NCBI GenBank assembly: GCA_002269645.1
Contig: NIVC01001471.1
Span: 219,523-283,522, forward strand
DNA length: 64,000 nt
Reading direction: 5' to 3'
Origin: Macrostomum lignano
Taxonomy: Eukaryota
Shown here: positions 1 through 12,102 of the stretch, piece by piece
Layout: the number at the start of each line of letters is the position of its first letter
How positions within the stretch are numbered: the stretch's first letter is position 1
Notes under the pieces: generated by a model
What the model was told of the DNA's origin: nothing
Databases searched by the model: none
What the model saw: the letters and a program-made list of their open reading frames with translations, nothing else
Position numbers and translations under genes: made by a program

Positions 1-91
1 TCTCATCTGAATGCTCTTTCATTAGTCTTCGATGCGTAAAGATGACTATAGCTTAAATATTATAGCTGATCTGATATTCTCATCTTCTCAG

Positions 92-521
92 GAGCGGCTG
101 GCGCATGGCCAATGGAAGCGAATTTTTTGTCCCAAACTCTTACTGGAAATCTGGCTGGCCAGATAATGGAGGCAGCTCAGATGACATGCTGGCTCTAAGA
201 AAAGGTTTGCTTCACGACTTTGTCTCATCCAATCTGATCGGATTTGTCTGCCAGCCCGTGGCGACGCCGAACAGCGGAACCTTCCGTCGGACCAGCTTCC
301 TGCAGCTGGGCGACATCACGCCCTACTACTGCTACACGGAGGTGCAGTCGGTGCAGCGCAGGCTGCTCTGCGTTCGCCAGTGCGCTGCCCGCTGGGAGTG
401 TCGGGCGGCTCTGTTCAACCGGGCCGAGTCTCGCTGCCGCATGCTGGACTTCGCCGACGCGAGCGCGGGCGACGCCATCGAGAAGAGCGGCGCTTGGGAG
501 AAGTTCGTCAAGGTCTACTGA
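92..521 (+). CDS. C-type lectin + PAN/Apple-like protein, copy A, exon 2 (exon 1 upstream of window)
   Basis: Acceptor catcttctcAG at 90-91. Exon reads (R)SGWRMANGSEFF...GWPDN...FVCQP (CTLD second half), then CYTEV...CVRQC...C...C (PAN-like), stop 519-521. Paralogous to copies B, D, E. Confidence 0.85.
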
Positions 522-1849
522 GAGAAATTGCGTTGGCTAGAATGGCTACTTGAATTAAAACAACTCTTGACCCACAGGAGAGCAGCTTTAACCAAAACTG
601 GCAGAAACTGAACTCGAGTGCGCAATGCTAGCTCGAACGTAGGAGCAAAATACCACAAGCTTACTAAAGGCAAAAGGCCGTATTCACAACTTCTAGATTG
701 TTTGTTCCAACATTAATTTTTATTTGATCTCAAATTTACATTTCTACTATCACAGCTCAGTTAGAAACATGGATAAGCGTTTGCAGTGCAACAGCGTGGT
801 TTCACAGTGGAATATCAACCTTCTGCTGAGGGAAGAAGGCACTTTGTGAATATTCGACGGCATTACTCAAATGTTCTCACATTCATTTTAAATAACAGGG
901 AGTTAATCAGAGCGAAATTATTGAGTTTTTATAACTCAAATGCGCACGCATCTTAGGCTTGGACTCATAGTTCAGACTAATTTAGATGAATGAATTAAAG
1001 AGACGAGTGTATTTGTATTTTACGCTTTATATTCTCATGCATTTCATTGTTAGTTCCCGAATTTCAGTCTCGGTGCGAATGTAAAAAGTATTTAGAAAAT
1101 GAAGTTTCCAAGTTGTTGCTTGGAAAAGTTGTTGAGCACACGGCCTGCTGTATCTGTGGCAACTTTCTCTAATTTCCAAATATTTGCACGAGTACCATGT
1201 GTATCGAATTTTCTTCTAGAAGTTTCACTGTGCCTGGGTACCAGCGCGAGGCATCACTCAAGTTTAGCAGTAAGCGAATGAGGAGTTTGCTTTTCTACTT
1301 TTTTACGGAAGCTGAGGCGTATGCTTCACGTGATGGCAATGAGGCAAAGACATTGTCATGGCGTGAATAATCGCTAAAGCTTTTTTGAGCCCACAGAGGA
1401 AGACAAATATTGATTTAATTGCACTGGGTGTGAAGGAGAGTTTTCGGAGTCAACCACAGTCAGCGATCTGAGAGACTTTCTCAAGACACTCGCCAGGAAG
1501 TTTCACTTCCGGTAGTAATATGTTGACTCAGTGTTGGTGTTATAAACGCAGTAGTGTAGCTGATTGAGTATATTTCTTAGTCAACAAGCAACACAGTTAA
1601 GAGAGGATGAAGCCAGAGGGCGAAAGCGATTTGATCGCTATAGCAGTTTCAGACATGGACAAAGGCTATACAGTATCGTCCGAGAAAAATCTAGAATTGG
1701 GGAAACTAAAGGCAGTCACTATAATTAGCATAGATACGAACTGCAATTTACAATTAATGGCAGGCACAAGCATGAATTCGCTCTATTTCTTCTGGGGTAG
1801 GGCGATGCATAGACATCAGCAATCGGTAGCGTGCAACAAACGAAACGAA

Positions 1850-2250
1850 AATCAACTGGGAAAGTCGACGAATGCGTTGAATTGTCAGCAATCGCTCTTC
1901 TTGAGGCCGAAATAGTAGTAACGTAGGTATTCGTAGAGCTTCCACGAATCCATAATGACGCAGTCGTCCTCCGTATGCTCCCATTAGAAAGGACTTGAAG
2001 TATCCACCGTGGCGCATCATCTGCTCGTGAGTCGTCTTTGGCAGAGACCTTAACTCCACGGCGTCCAAGTCGATTGCCGCATGTTCAACTGGAAGCTCCG
2101 GCAATGGTCCATATCACCAGGGTTGGTCAGCCATTCGATAAAGTTGAAAAGCTCCTCGTCATCCTGGTGGTCATCCTGGTCATCCTTGGCACTCAGTTCA
2201 GATATCAGCTGGCTTAACTCGCTACTTGTCACACCGTTGAGCGAATCCAC
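1850..2250 (-). mobile_element. Degenerate Crypton-like (tyrosine-recombinase DNA transposon) N-terminal relic
   Basis: DDEELFNFIE / LRSLPKTTHEQ and, in another frame, KLYEYLRYYYFGLKKSDC resemble the Crypton/DUF3504 L..FY..LRK.DG region; frameshifts and stops present. Confidence 0.45.
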
Positions 2251-3026
2251 CGGGAGATTGGCCCCAGTTGATGAGAGCCATGTTTAATAGGAATAGCTGA
2301 GGGGTAGGAGAAGCTCTCGACGCCATGGACCTGCTGTGCCATTTCGAATAGCTTTATAATTTTTTTCCTTATTTCCTTACTGTTACATTGGATGAGAGTT
2401 ACGAGGAATAGAAGTGTACAAAGCTACAAAAAGTAACTTGACATTTTTTACTCTTCACTTTTTGACCACGCTCGAAACTTGCCCCTCACTTATTCAAAGT
2501 TCAATCGCTTTATACTTAGTTGTCTTGTTCCTTAACTTTTGCAACAATTTGTTATTTGTTTCAATCACTGCCTCCTTCAATTCTCTCTACATAATCAGTC
2601 AAGTACAAAAAATACAAACTAATTGCTGGTCTATCAAGAGGCAAAGTTTGTTTACCAGGCAAAAGACGCAAATGTAATGTCAGGCCATGTTACTTGTATG
2701 TCTTTAAAATAGTGCATTCTTTTCCTATGCGCGTTAATCCGTGACTTTGGAATTTCCCCTGCGTACAAGCTGCAGCCAGTAAGAACTTAAGGGGGGACTA
2801 TTATTAAATTCCAGCAGCCAATGAAATTCATGGGGGGAATATCCCAATTTTTAGGGAGTCTTGGCCATAGACTCGCTTTTAGATGAGCGATCCTTTCTCT
2901 TCCTTCATCCATGTGTGCGATCCGAATATAACGCCTTATCTCCGCCGGAGATAATGTTAGGTTAATATGAAGCACGAATTCAAGTTAATGGCCAAGGGCA
3001 CGAGTGCGCGTAGCATAGCAGTGCGC

Positions 3027-3101
3027 GTTGTTCGATTCATGCATAAATTGAGCGAGAAGGCTGGGCTATCAAAGATGTATTCCAACCATCGCATCAGGTA
3101 G
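3027..3101 (+). mobile_element. Crypton-like YR catalytic fragment
   Basis: VVRFMHKLSEKAGLSKMYSNHRIR* matches the Crypton FM..LS..AGL...YTNHxLR (H-x-x-R) motif. Confidence 0.45.
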
Positions 3102-3222
3102 TACGACTAATTTTTTTGATCTCGAAAATAACAGATCTTAGATTTTTTATTTATCTGAGAGAAAACATTGTAAACCACATGCATTAGTAATGTAATCGTC
3201 ATTGATCATATTATCTTACTGT

Positions 3223-3320
3223 CGGCTGCTGCAGACGGTCGCGCTGATGTGCCTGCGGTGGAACATGAGCGTTTGTGCGTGTCACATTCCGGGTGAATTT
3301 CAGATTTTTGCCGATGCCAC
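3223..3320 (+). mobile_element. DIRS/Ngaro-like RNase H C-terminal fragment
   Basis: RLLQTVALMCLRWNMSVCACHIPGEFQIFADA resembles the DIRS RNase H HIPG..N..AD motif. Confidence 0.4.
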
Positions 3321-3379
3321 CATGAGCGCAGTCAGCTGCTTAAATTTTTTATTCGCTGCTACAATTTCGTTTGGCCATA

Positions 3380-3700
3380 TGTTTTAAATTCACTGTATCG
3401 ATAGGCTTTTGTCTCGGCCGAAAGCGGCTGGTGTCACCAGTTTTGCTGGTTGAGATTCGGCGACGAGTGGACGAAACTGATGGTCACCAGCTCATGAAAC
3501 TTCATCCAAGGTTCATGAAACTTGCACTGTTCTATCAGAAATTTTTCGATGACTGTACAGTGGCAAAAAACCTGCTCAATGCCAAAAGGATTAAGTACCA
3601 GGGTACTTGAAAGCATAACTTTTGCAATGCTAAAATAGAATTTTCGACTATGATTTTCAAAGCAAAAAACCTAAAGACTGAATTCTGATTTTGATAAAAT
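3380..3700 (+). mobile_element. Fragment of the non-autonomous Helitron family seen at 16274-24861
   Basis: Shares aaacttgcactgttc.atcagaaattttt and gactgaattctgatt with 16350-16560 and 21550-21770. Confidence 0.55.
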
Positions 3701-4252
3701 TGTTTCTGTGTTCAAATGTAGTGCATGCGCCCTTGTCTGTTTGGGGCTGGCTGGGTTGGCGGGCGTGGCAGGGTCTGGCCGGCGACCGGGCTTTGCGCGT
3801 GCCCCTCCCCAGCCATGCGTCCTGCCCCGTGCTCAGGGCTGGTTGGCTGCGGCCGGGCCGGCTTTGACGCGGGTGCGCCCCCCCCCAGGCGGGATTTTGA
3901 TTGGCTGGCCAGTGCGTCCAGTCTATTTATCCTTTCGTGCTCTATTTTGCTCGGCTCAGCCTGTGGGGCCGTCTTCCCCCCCCCCACCCAGGTCTGTGGT
4001 GGTATTTATTAACCCCCCCCCCTCACTTCGTACTGCGACATTGAGAAAAGAATTGTTTTTCTTCTAATAAGAAATTTAGTTAAAACAATTTTTCAAGTTG
4101 TACGACACCACAAATAAATCGACAACGACCCAAAAGGGCAAGCAGAGCAAGCCAAAAGCCAGCTTAAACGCGCATCTGATAACCCGGCCACTGGTAAGCC
4201 GCCTGCTTGAGTTCAGTCTTTTCTGGGAAGCTTGTTAGGCTGCAGGGAGTTT

Positions 4253-4357
4253 TGGCCAGAGCGTCATAACGCCTGTCAGTAACAGTGTCACCATTGGCAG
4301 AGCGTCACAACGCCTGTCAGTAACAGTATCACCATTGGCAGAGCGTCACAACGCCTG
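4253..4357 (+). repeat. 41-bp tandem repeat, ~2.6 copies
   Basis: Unit ttggcagagcgtcacaacgcctgtcagtaacagtgtcacca, read directly. Confidence 0.85.
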
Positions 4358-4414
4358 CTGGTACAACCGTATAGTACTTGGGCTGGGCACCTGAAACGAC
4401 CCGGGTTACTACAC

Positions 4415-4670
4415 AAAACTTTCATCCCCAGAAATACATGTCAAACTCGACCCCGTTGATTGAAGCAACTCTCACCCCGTCCCAATCTGTCTCACAGAAA
4501 ATCTCACATGTCTCAGAAGATTTTCTGTGACCTGTCTTCAGTTTATGACATATGGCGAATGTAAAATGAATAAGAATAAATTCTATATGCATTTAGTGTC
4601 AATGAAAATGTTTCTCATTGTGTTTGTTGCAGACTAAGCCAGGTAATTAAAGCCCCTACCTCGCGTCAGG
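4415..4670 (+). repeat. Dispersed repeat, second copy at ~31285-31545
   Basis: aaactttcatcc.cagaaatacatgtcaaactcgacc...cctacctcg.gtcaggc is present at both sites. Confidence 0.8.
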
Positions 4671-6098
4671 CGCTTGGCTAAGTAAAATAAGACGCCTGGC
4701 TAAGACTGGAAATATTACGCGACCTTGTTGGTATAGGTCCACTTTCTTCTTCTAGAGAAGAAGTCATAACAATGGCGTCGCAAGCAATCGTAACTTGACG
4801 GTCTGATGTTCAAGCTCGTAATGAGCAAGGATCCGACCAAGTCTGCAGGGGATCCGACTAAATCAGCGGTGGATCCGACCAAGTCCACTGGGATCTCTCC
4901 AAGCCGTAATGGAGGAGGTTCTCAGAACGGGTCACAGTCCCAAGCAACTCAAAGGGATGCTCAAGCCCAGAGCGCCACGATCGGTGGAGAAAAGGTGACG
5001 TACTTTGTTAGAACTTGAATCGCTTTCATCAAGTGACAGACTTAAGAATTTCAAGATGATGTGTAATTTCAGATTTCAGATTTTCAGATTTAGATTTTCG
5101 TTCAGAGCCTTTGTGCGTTGCGACAGTGAGACGCTTTTCTCACTGAGCTACTCAGCAATGTCTTCAATCACACGATTGACGACTGGGCGAGCATCCAAAA
5201 CCAGATCTGGTTGACGAGCGGCTCCAACTGCCGCCAATCTCAAGCAGCATAAACACAGAGAGATGCGAAAGTGATGCATTTAGTTAATAGTGGCATTATC
5301 TTGCAAAATGTTTACGATAAATGTGCTTCTAAGTTGATTTTGATGTACAGGCTGACCCAAAGGGAACTGACAAATTTAAATTGCTTATTTAGTCACCTAT
5401 TTTTGGGTCACGCCGTATATAACAAGGCCAGTAAGGGAGTTTCTCAAGATTACACCGGCAATGTTAATTTTACTGGTGAATATCGTGCACCAGGCTGTTG
5501 GAGAAAGCTACAATTACGTTATTGCATCCTGATGAGCTTCCAGTGGTCCTTCTATTAGGCTTTTTTTGTCTGAATTGACTGATTGCGCATTCAAAGTCAG
5601 CTCGAGAACTTTCAATAGTTTTAAGCACCAAAAAGGGCTCCTCATCCGACCTGGCAATGGCTCCTTTCCCTCAGCTCGAGTTTTACACAGGAGTGAAAGG
5701 GCTGAAGACTGCGGTTTACGAGCAAGCTGAGAGAGAAAACGTGGAGATCAAACTAGTTTAGTTAGCGATTTATACATATGAGGTTCTACAAGTGAACGAT
5801 ACGACGCACATTGCTACACGATGAAAGCGGTCTTTCGCGTCCCTGGGATTTCCCTAGGGAATCCCGGAATTTCCCTGCGATTTATATTGTCCATGGTCGC
5901 TTTGAAGCTCAACAAGAAGCAAGACATATATTTGTTGTATATGACTTTTTAAAATCCTACGATTAACATAAACAACGATACAACAAGCCGAGAGAAAAAA
6001 TACAATGCAGCCAATAACAATGAAACTTTATAGGTCACTAATAATGCACTACTGTTGTTCAACGCAACAGATTGTCACCATGTTTCAATTTAGAATTC

Positions 6099-6878
6099 TC
6101 ACTTGTAATAGACATTGAACGTACAGCCGCTGAAGGTTCCATGGAATCCACCTTTGGAATCAGATGAAGCCGTGGTAACTGTAGCTGTACATGCGGTTTC
6201 AGCAATAGACAGACTGGCATCTTGAGGGCCATTTACTTTCGAAGTAACGTTAGATCTTCGTCTTCGATGGCACTAAACCTCTTCATTTCTCCACCATTCT
6301 CCAGAAACAGTCTAGCGGCAATCTTCAACATGTCGTTGGCTCTCTTGAAGAGTTGACTGGAGAGGATATCCACTCCACGTGACCGAAATAGAAGGCGATG
6401 CAATCCGGCCCTGAAACAGCGCAGAGTAGCAGGCTCACCTAGAACCCACCATCAGAACGCCTGATAGAACCATAGCTCGTACGCGATCCGGATACAGGCG
6501 CTCCTCTGAGCACTTTTCAATATCAACATCAATTTTCAGGGACTCCATGGTCGATTGAAATTTTTCCAGAGCCCATTTCTCTTGCTGACCAGCACTTGGT
6601 GGCTCACACGCTTTCTCTACCAGATCCAGGTCACGCATAATAATCTCGATGTTTTCGTTGGTCGTAGATCTGGAGTCCAGCAGTTCGGAGATCATCGAAT
6701 TCTCAATCCTCGAGGCGAATCCGGAAGCCATGTCTTCCAGACTGTTCGAGTCCATTTCCATGGCGAATAGAATGTTGTCGGCTTCCATTCGTGCTGCTAT
6801 TTCGGCCTTTGTCAGTCCGACGATGTCACTGTATTCAATGTGCAGTAGACCGGTGGGATATGATGAATCGTCCTCCAT
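6099..6878 (-). mobile_element. Internally deleted Crypton-type element
   Basis: QQEKWALEKF..., then in a shifted frame RRSDGGF*VSLLL..FRAGLHRLLFRSRGVDILSSQLFKRANDML...AIEDEDL, then directly the C-terminal GFHGTFSGCTFNVYYK*. The catalytic YR core is missing. Confidence 0.6.
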
Positions 6879-7002
6879 TTTATCGCCAGTGAATGTCTAT
6901 TAGCGCCCTCTCTGATGGCTCTGGCTCTCGCGTCCCTCTCTTTCCAATTCTGTGGGTTTTGGCCACAGACATAAGAAAAATCGACATCGGTCATTAATAT
7001 AT

Positions 7003-7090
7003 TAATATAGTTAGGCTGTTGAGGGCAGAAATGAGCGAAACAGACGAGGCTGATCCGCTCATTTCTGCCCTCAACAGCCTAACTATATTA
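7003..7090. repeat. Perfect 35-bp inverted repeat with 18-nt loop
   Basis: taatatagttaggctgttgagggcagaaatgagcg (7003-7037) and its exact reverse complement at 7056-7090. Confidence 0.95.
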
Positions 7091-7339
7091 GTATTGTAGC
7101 CAATCTAAGCCTGCCAACGCAGCGGGCGAGAAATACCATTTCACGCCCGCTGAATCCATTCTATGGTCCAATTCCATTTGAAGTAAGCTATTGGCTTCAT
7201 TTCTCGCCCGCTTCTTCTTGACTTTTCTATGGCCTAAGCACTCGAGACCTGTCATATTAAGTCATGTTGAAGTCATGTTAGAAAGAAAAATCCATCGTGT
7301 TTTTCCTTTACTGTTTGTCGAATATGCTGCGTTATTCTT

Positions 7340-7625
7340 CAATACGCGAAGACGAAATTAGTAGATTGAGCTCAGATGAGCTCGATTTCATCACGCATCT
7401 CGATCCTCGGGACGATGTCGACAGAATCGGTCAATGGACAGGGCTGACGGATGAGCAAGAGAGGCTAATTGATGAGGAACTACGCAATCCTACGCCGGAA
7501 GATCACGTTGGAAACCTGTTTCGTGAATTGACCGAAGAAGAAGAAGCTGGCCTACATCATGTGGAGCAAGAAAGTAAACGGAAGTCGACGGTTAAGCAAA
7601 CCGAATTGCATATTCGCAAACTAAA
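7340..7625 (+). mobile_element. Crypton-like 5' coding fragment
   Basis: LFRELTEEEEAGL...ESKRKSTVKQTELHIRKL resembles the Crypton N-terminal F..LTEEE...K.T.KQT motif. Confidence 0.45.
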
Positions 7626-8719
7626 AGTTTCTACGCGCGGAGAATTTACCTGATCACATCGAGAATATGCCAGTGAGGTATCTCAACTCCTATCTACGCC
7701 TGTTCTTCGTTCACTTTAACTTTAATCAATCAAACTAAGGTCAGAAGGTCAGACAATCGTTGTCACGCACTGGGACCGCTGATTATCTATCCATTGCTAT
7801 GCACTTTTGGTGACAATAACACGCGCGTGGGATTATATCATTATTGCAAGGCAAATTACAAGGAGCAAATTAACGAAAGCTTACTAAAGGCAGAAGGCCG
7901 CATTCACAAATTCTAGATGACTTGTTATTTCTTAGAATCCCAACAGTAAATTCTCCCTTTTGTACCCCAAAATTACAGTTTACTTCGAGATTCGGGAATT
8001 TCTTGTGTTGTAAACTTTCTTGTCTTGTCTTGTCTTGAATTTCTTGTCTTGTCTTGTCTTGTTTTGTGTTCGTCCAAGCGACCTGTTGAGAAGTCGGCCA
8101 CTCCAGCTGGTAGGCCACATCATCCTCGCCGAGTCGTACTGCCCAGAGCCGGTACAGGAGGCGCTCTTGCTAACGCTGCAGGCACCCTACCGGCGGGGGC
8201 AGGCGCGCATTCGGCGTTTCGTCGACTTCCTGCTGGCCGGCTTCGGATTCGGCTGGCGACGTGGCGTTCATTCGCGACCTGGCCTTGAGGCGCGCCCCGT
8301 GACGCTAACTGCGTATTATGTTATTGTTGTTAATGTAACCTGAGCGACATTATTGAGTTTCCTTCCTGAAATGCCAACTTGTCGGTGGCTTGGACCCATA
8401 ATTTATACTATGTTATGCGAATGAATCAAACTCAAGACATTTATATTTTTTGATACTCCGTTACCGGTCAGTGGTAAAACACGTAAACAATACAGTCTTC
8501 GAATTCAAGGCAAGAATGAGTGCCAATTTCAATTTCTTCAAGGATGTAAAATGTCTTTAGAAAATTGAGTTCCAAAGTAGTTGCTGCTATTGCTGTTTTC
8601 GCCTGGTACTTCCGTGATGTAGGTGCACAGTTCCGTTCGCTTACCTTTTGGATCATGCCTTGGACATTTAAAATGTTACAAGGAGTTTAAATTTTACTGT
8701 TTTTAATGCCCTAATTAGA

Positions 8720-9020
8720 ACACTCTGGCTTGTTGAGCACACTCCCTGGTGTATTTTTGACAACTATCTATTTTCCAAATGTTTCCAAATGGACTCAAGC
8801 GATTGTAAGGAGTCAAAGGCAATGCCATGCCCCGCTTCCTTCCTAGTCAAATCAATCGCTAAAACTTTTTTGAGCTCACAAAGGAGGACAAATATTGATT
8901 TTCTCGCATTGGGTGTGTTTTCTCGCCTCGTATGTTTCAGAGTTATCACAAGTCAGCGATCTGAGAGACTTTTTCAAGACACGCACGAGAAAGTTTCACT
9001 TCCGGTAGTAATATGTTGTC
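8720..9020. repeat. Dispersed repeat, other copy at ~1380-1525
   Basis: ttttttgagc.cac..aggaa/gacaaatattgatt...cagcgatctgagagact...aagtttcacttccggtagtaatatgttg is shared. Confidence 0.75.
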
Positions 9021-9881
9021 AGAGCTTCGCTTTCACGGATGTTTAATGGTGACGAACCCAAGGACTGCTAAAGTAAGGCAGGAGTTTTTTTGTAGTCCTG
9101 AGGCTTGCAAAAATCAAAATTTTCGCTTGTTTCAGCCCTCTGCAGCCTGTCAACATTGGCATGGTGCTGCTAGTAGGGTTTCCACCGGTAGTAGGGCGCC
9201 ATGCCAGTTCGATTTCTTCAACCTGATTGTTTTGCGTTTCAAGAAAAAGCGCTGCATTCTTTGCTGAAGTTTGCAGAGACTCGCATTGGTGAACGCAGAT
9301 TGCTAGCGTTACAGACAAACCAATCTTAGACATTTATTGTATAGGTGGATTCTAGAGCAGGGGCGCGGAAAAGAAGAATTGATGCCAGAAGTTTAAACGC
9401 CATATGCAAAATAACGACGTCAAGTTAAACATGAAGAAGCGCAATATCAACTATAAAACTCGAGGGGAGTTGCTGAGATGTCAATATTCATGGAAGGTAT
9501 TGATATTTTCTGAAATGCTGTGACTCTCAGCAGGGTTAAGGTTAGGGTTAGGTTTTGGGTTCAACCATAAAGGTATCGCCTATCAAGCATAAACGGCTAA
9601 AGTGGGAATCGCTAAAATGCTACGGCAAATGATGAAGTTTCTGAGATGTATGCTTTCATGGGGGTTTCTGAAATGTTATGACTCGTATAAAAAATTGCTG
9701 AGGTGTCCAGGTTTATGAAGACAAAGCGTGTCTGAATGCTGTGGCATTAACAAGCAGTGGAAAAGTCTGTGTTGCATTCTTATTGGCTGAGAGCATGGCA
9801 GATGAAGTTTAAATCCCGATGCTATGAAACGGCTGTAGCCGTCGTCTCCTGCTCAGCAAGTTCTCTGAATTTAAAGCAAGG

Positions 9882-10889
9882 ATGTCACCTCCGAGGGCGC
9901 TCCTCCTCGCCCTGCTGAGCCTCGCCTGCCTGCGCAGCCTGCAGTCCTGCCAGCCGCCCTACCAGTCCGTGTCCGGCTTCTGCCTGCTCGTGAACACCAC
10001 AGCCGCAGTCGGCTGGTGCCAGGCAGCTCGTCTGTGCCAGGCCGTCGGAGGCGAGCTGGTGATGGAGCCGGCCGCCATCCGGGCAGCTGCGCCGTTCGCC
10101 ACGGGCTCGGTGATTCTGTGGGTTGGTGTCACCGACTTTCTGGACGAGCAACTGACTAGCAGGTAAGGCAATAAAAAATCACTTAAATGTGGAAATCTCA
10201 ACAAGGATCTAAAAAAATATACTATTTTCCTCAAAATGCGTCAAAGAGCAAGCTGCCAAACTGCGCAGCAATTCAGTTTAGAAAGTCCTTTTACCTTTCT
10301 TGCTGTGCAGTGAATGAAGAAGGACGCTACTTGAAGGAGCATTCACTATAACGATCAGACCATTCAAAAAGCAACTAACTCAACTTGGCGAACTGATATT
10401 ATGTTTTTAGTGGCTCGTGGTTCGAGTTTTTCATTTAACTTAGATTTTCACCTTCTCAGAAGCGGCTGGCGCATGGCAAATGGAACCGAATTTGTTGCTC
10501 CAAACTCTGACTGGCCATTTGGCTGCCCAAACAATAATGAGCACTCGGACGATATGCTGGCGCTATCGGATGGTGCTTTGTGCGACTTTCGGGAATTTTT
10601 CCGAGTCGGCTTCGTCTGCCAGCCCGTGGCGACCCCGAACAGCGGAACCTTCCGTCGGACCAGCTTCCTGCAGCTGGGCGACATCACGCCCTACTACTGC
10701 TACACGGAGCTGCAGTCGGTGCAGCGCAGGCTGCTCTGCGTTCGCCAGTGCGCTGCCCGCTGGGAGTGTCGGGCGGCTCTGTTCAACCGGGCCGAGTCTC
10801 GCTGCCGCATGCTGGACTTCGCCGACGCGAGCGCGGGCGACGCCATCGAGAAGAGCGGCGCATGGGAGAAGTTCGTCAAGGTCTACTGA
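9882..10889 (+). CDS. Secreted C-type lectin + PAN/Apple-like protein, copy B (intact, 236 aa)
   Basis: join(9882..10162,10460..10889); phase-2 GT-AG intron of 297 bp; 711 nt open frame. Signal-peptide-like MSPPRALLLALLSLACLRSLQS, then CTLD motifs CQPPY..GFCL, WCQAARLC..GGEL, WVG, W..G.P, FVC. Confidence 0.9.
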
Positions 10890-11984
10890 AGCTCGGAGAC
10901 CTATTGCAGATCGGGCAGACTCTGGAGAGACACTGAAACACCAGCGCCTCACAAGGCCTTGTCATCGCTAACAAGAACAAGCGATTGCCCAAAAAGCCTA
11001 GTCATTTGAGCGAGAGTCGGATTTTCCTAATCCCAAACTGTTCAGCCAGTTAACTATGGTCGCGCGAAGGCCATGAGTTTTGAATATTTTTGTGTAAGTG
11101 ATGAATACCAAAAACTCAAAAATACAATCTCCGATGACATCGCAGAGACGAGCACTGAAAAATGGATTTATTGCATTTTTCCTTCGTTTAGCTTGGGCTT
11201 TTTCTAGGATTTTATCCATATCATAGGCATAGACAAAGCGGATTCCATTTGGCAACAATAAAGCTCTTTTTCACTGGAGACTTTCCAATGCATTTTGCTT
11301 TTATCAAAACGGAAGCCATCAAATCGTCTTCTGGATAAAGCAAAAACTTCAGCATCATTTTTCTTCCTTGACGTGTCGACTGATTAGACGAAGAGCTTTT
11401 CACAAAGACATTTTTCCTGTCATTAAAGAGGTGGCATGTACTGCTGCTTGCATTCATTTGCACGTGTGGCTGAGCTGGGAGCTGCAGACGCAGAGTTCAG
11501 GCCTTAACTGTCGCGAGCTCGAAGAACAGCTCTTTAGTTGCTAGGGTATTCTTACCTGACGCTACCGATAAAAATTCGTGTGCGAGGCTGTCCATCTGTG
11601 AGCAGTCCGATTGTTTTTGGCGATATTTCGGCTTGATGAAGATTTTAAGACGCTGCTGAAGTTGTTAGAAGCTGAATGTTACGAGCGTATTCATAAAAAT
11701 GGGCTGTGCTGCTGAGCTTAGAGTTATTATTCCTTTTCTGTAACCGTTGCAGAATATTTTTCAAATTTCTCTAGTTGGCAAAAGGCCTGAAGCGCTGCTA
11801 CAAATTTATGAAATTTTGCCGACTATCATGATAGAATCAATGCATGGTAACTATGACTTTTTGTCCTTTACTTTGCTCCAATTTACTTTTCAATGGAACA
11901 GCGAGTTCGATCCGTACTCATATTTTTAACCAGAACTGTTCTTTAGCAAGTATTGAGAGGGAGACCAGTCTCCCAGCTGACATT

Positions 11985-12098
11985 TCTCAACTGACCAGTC
12001 ACTCAGCTAACCAGTCACTTAGCCGACCAGTCACTCAGCTGATCAGTCACTCAGCTGACCAGTCTCCCAGCTGACCAGTCTCCCAGCTGACCAGTCTT
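11985..12098 (+). repeat. 16-bp minisatellite (cagctgaccagtcact family), short array
   Basis: Direct reading; same unit as 37730-38440. Confidence 0.9.
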
Positions 12099-12102
12099 CC
12101 AG

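Noticed and set aside
3708-4067. GC-rich ORFs on both strands
   Set aside because: Low-complexity G/C runs; may be a DIRS terminal region but could not be matched to 29900-30060.
4631-4646. Micro-exon-like AG...GT cassette (also ~31504-31519)
   Set aside because: The two copies differ in length (10 vs 13 nt), lie in a dispersed repeat and have no identifiable host gene.
4806-5018. Small ORF with DPTKSA repeats
   Set aside because: 70 aa, runs into a dispersed repeat shared with 14341-14400, and has no supported splice partners or family.
7038-7055. Possible hammerhead in the hairpin loop (gaaac...ctgatc)
   Set aside because: Order and spacing do not give CUGANGA-stem II-GAAA.
8060-8320. 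GC-rich coding-like patch
   Set aside because: No frame gives a recognisable motif; possibly a TE scrap.
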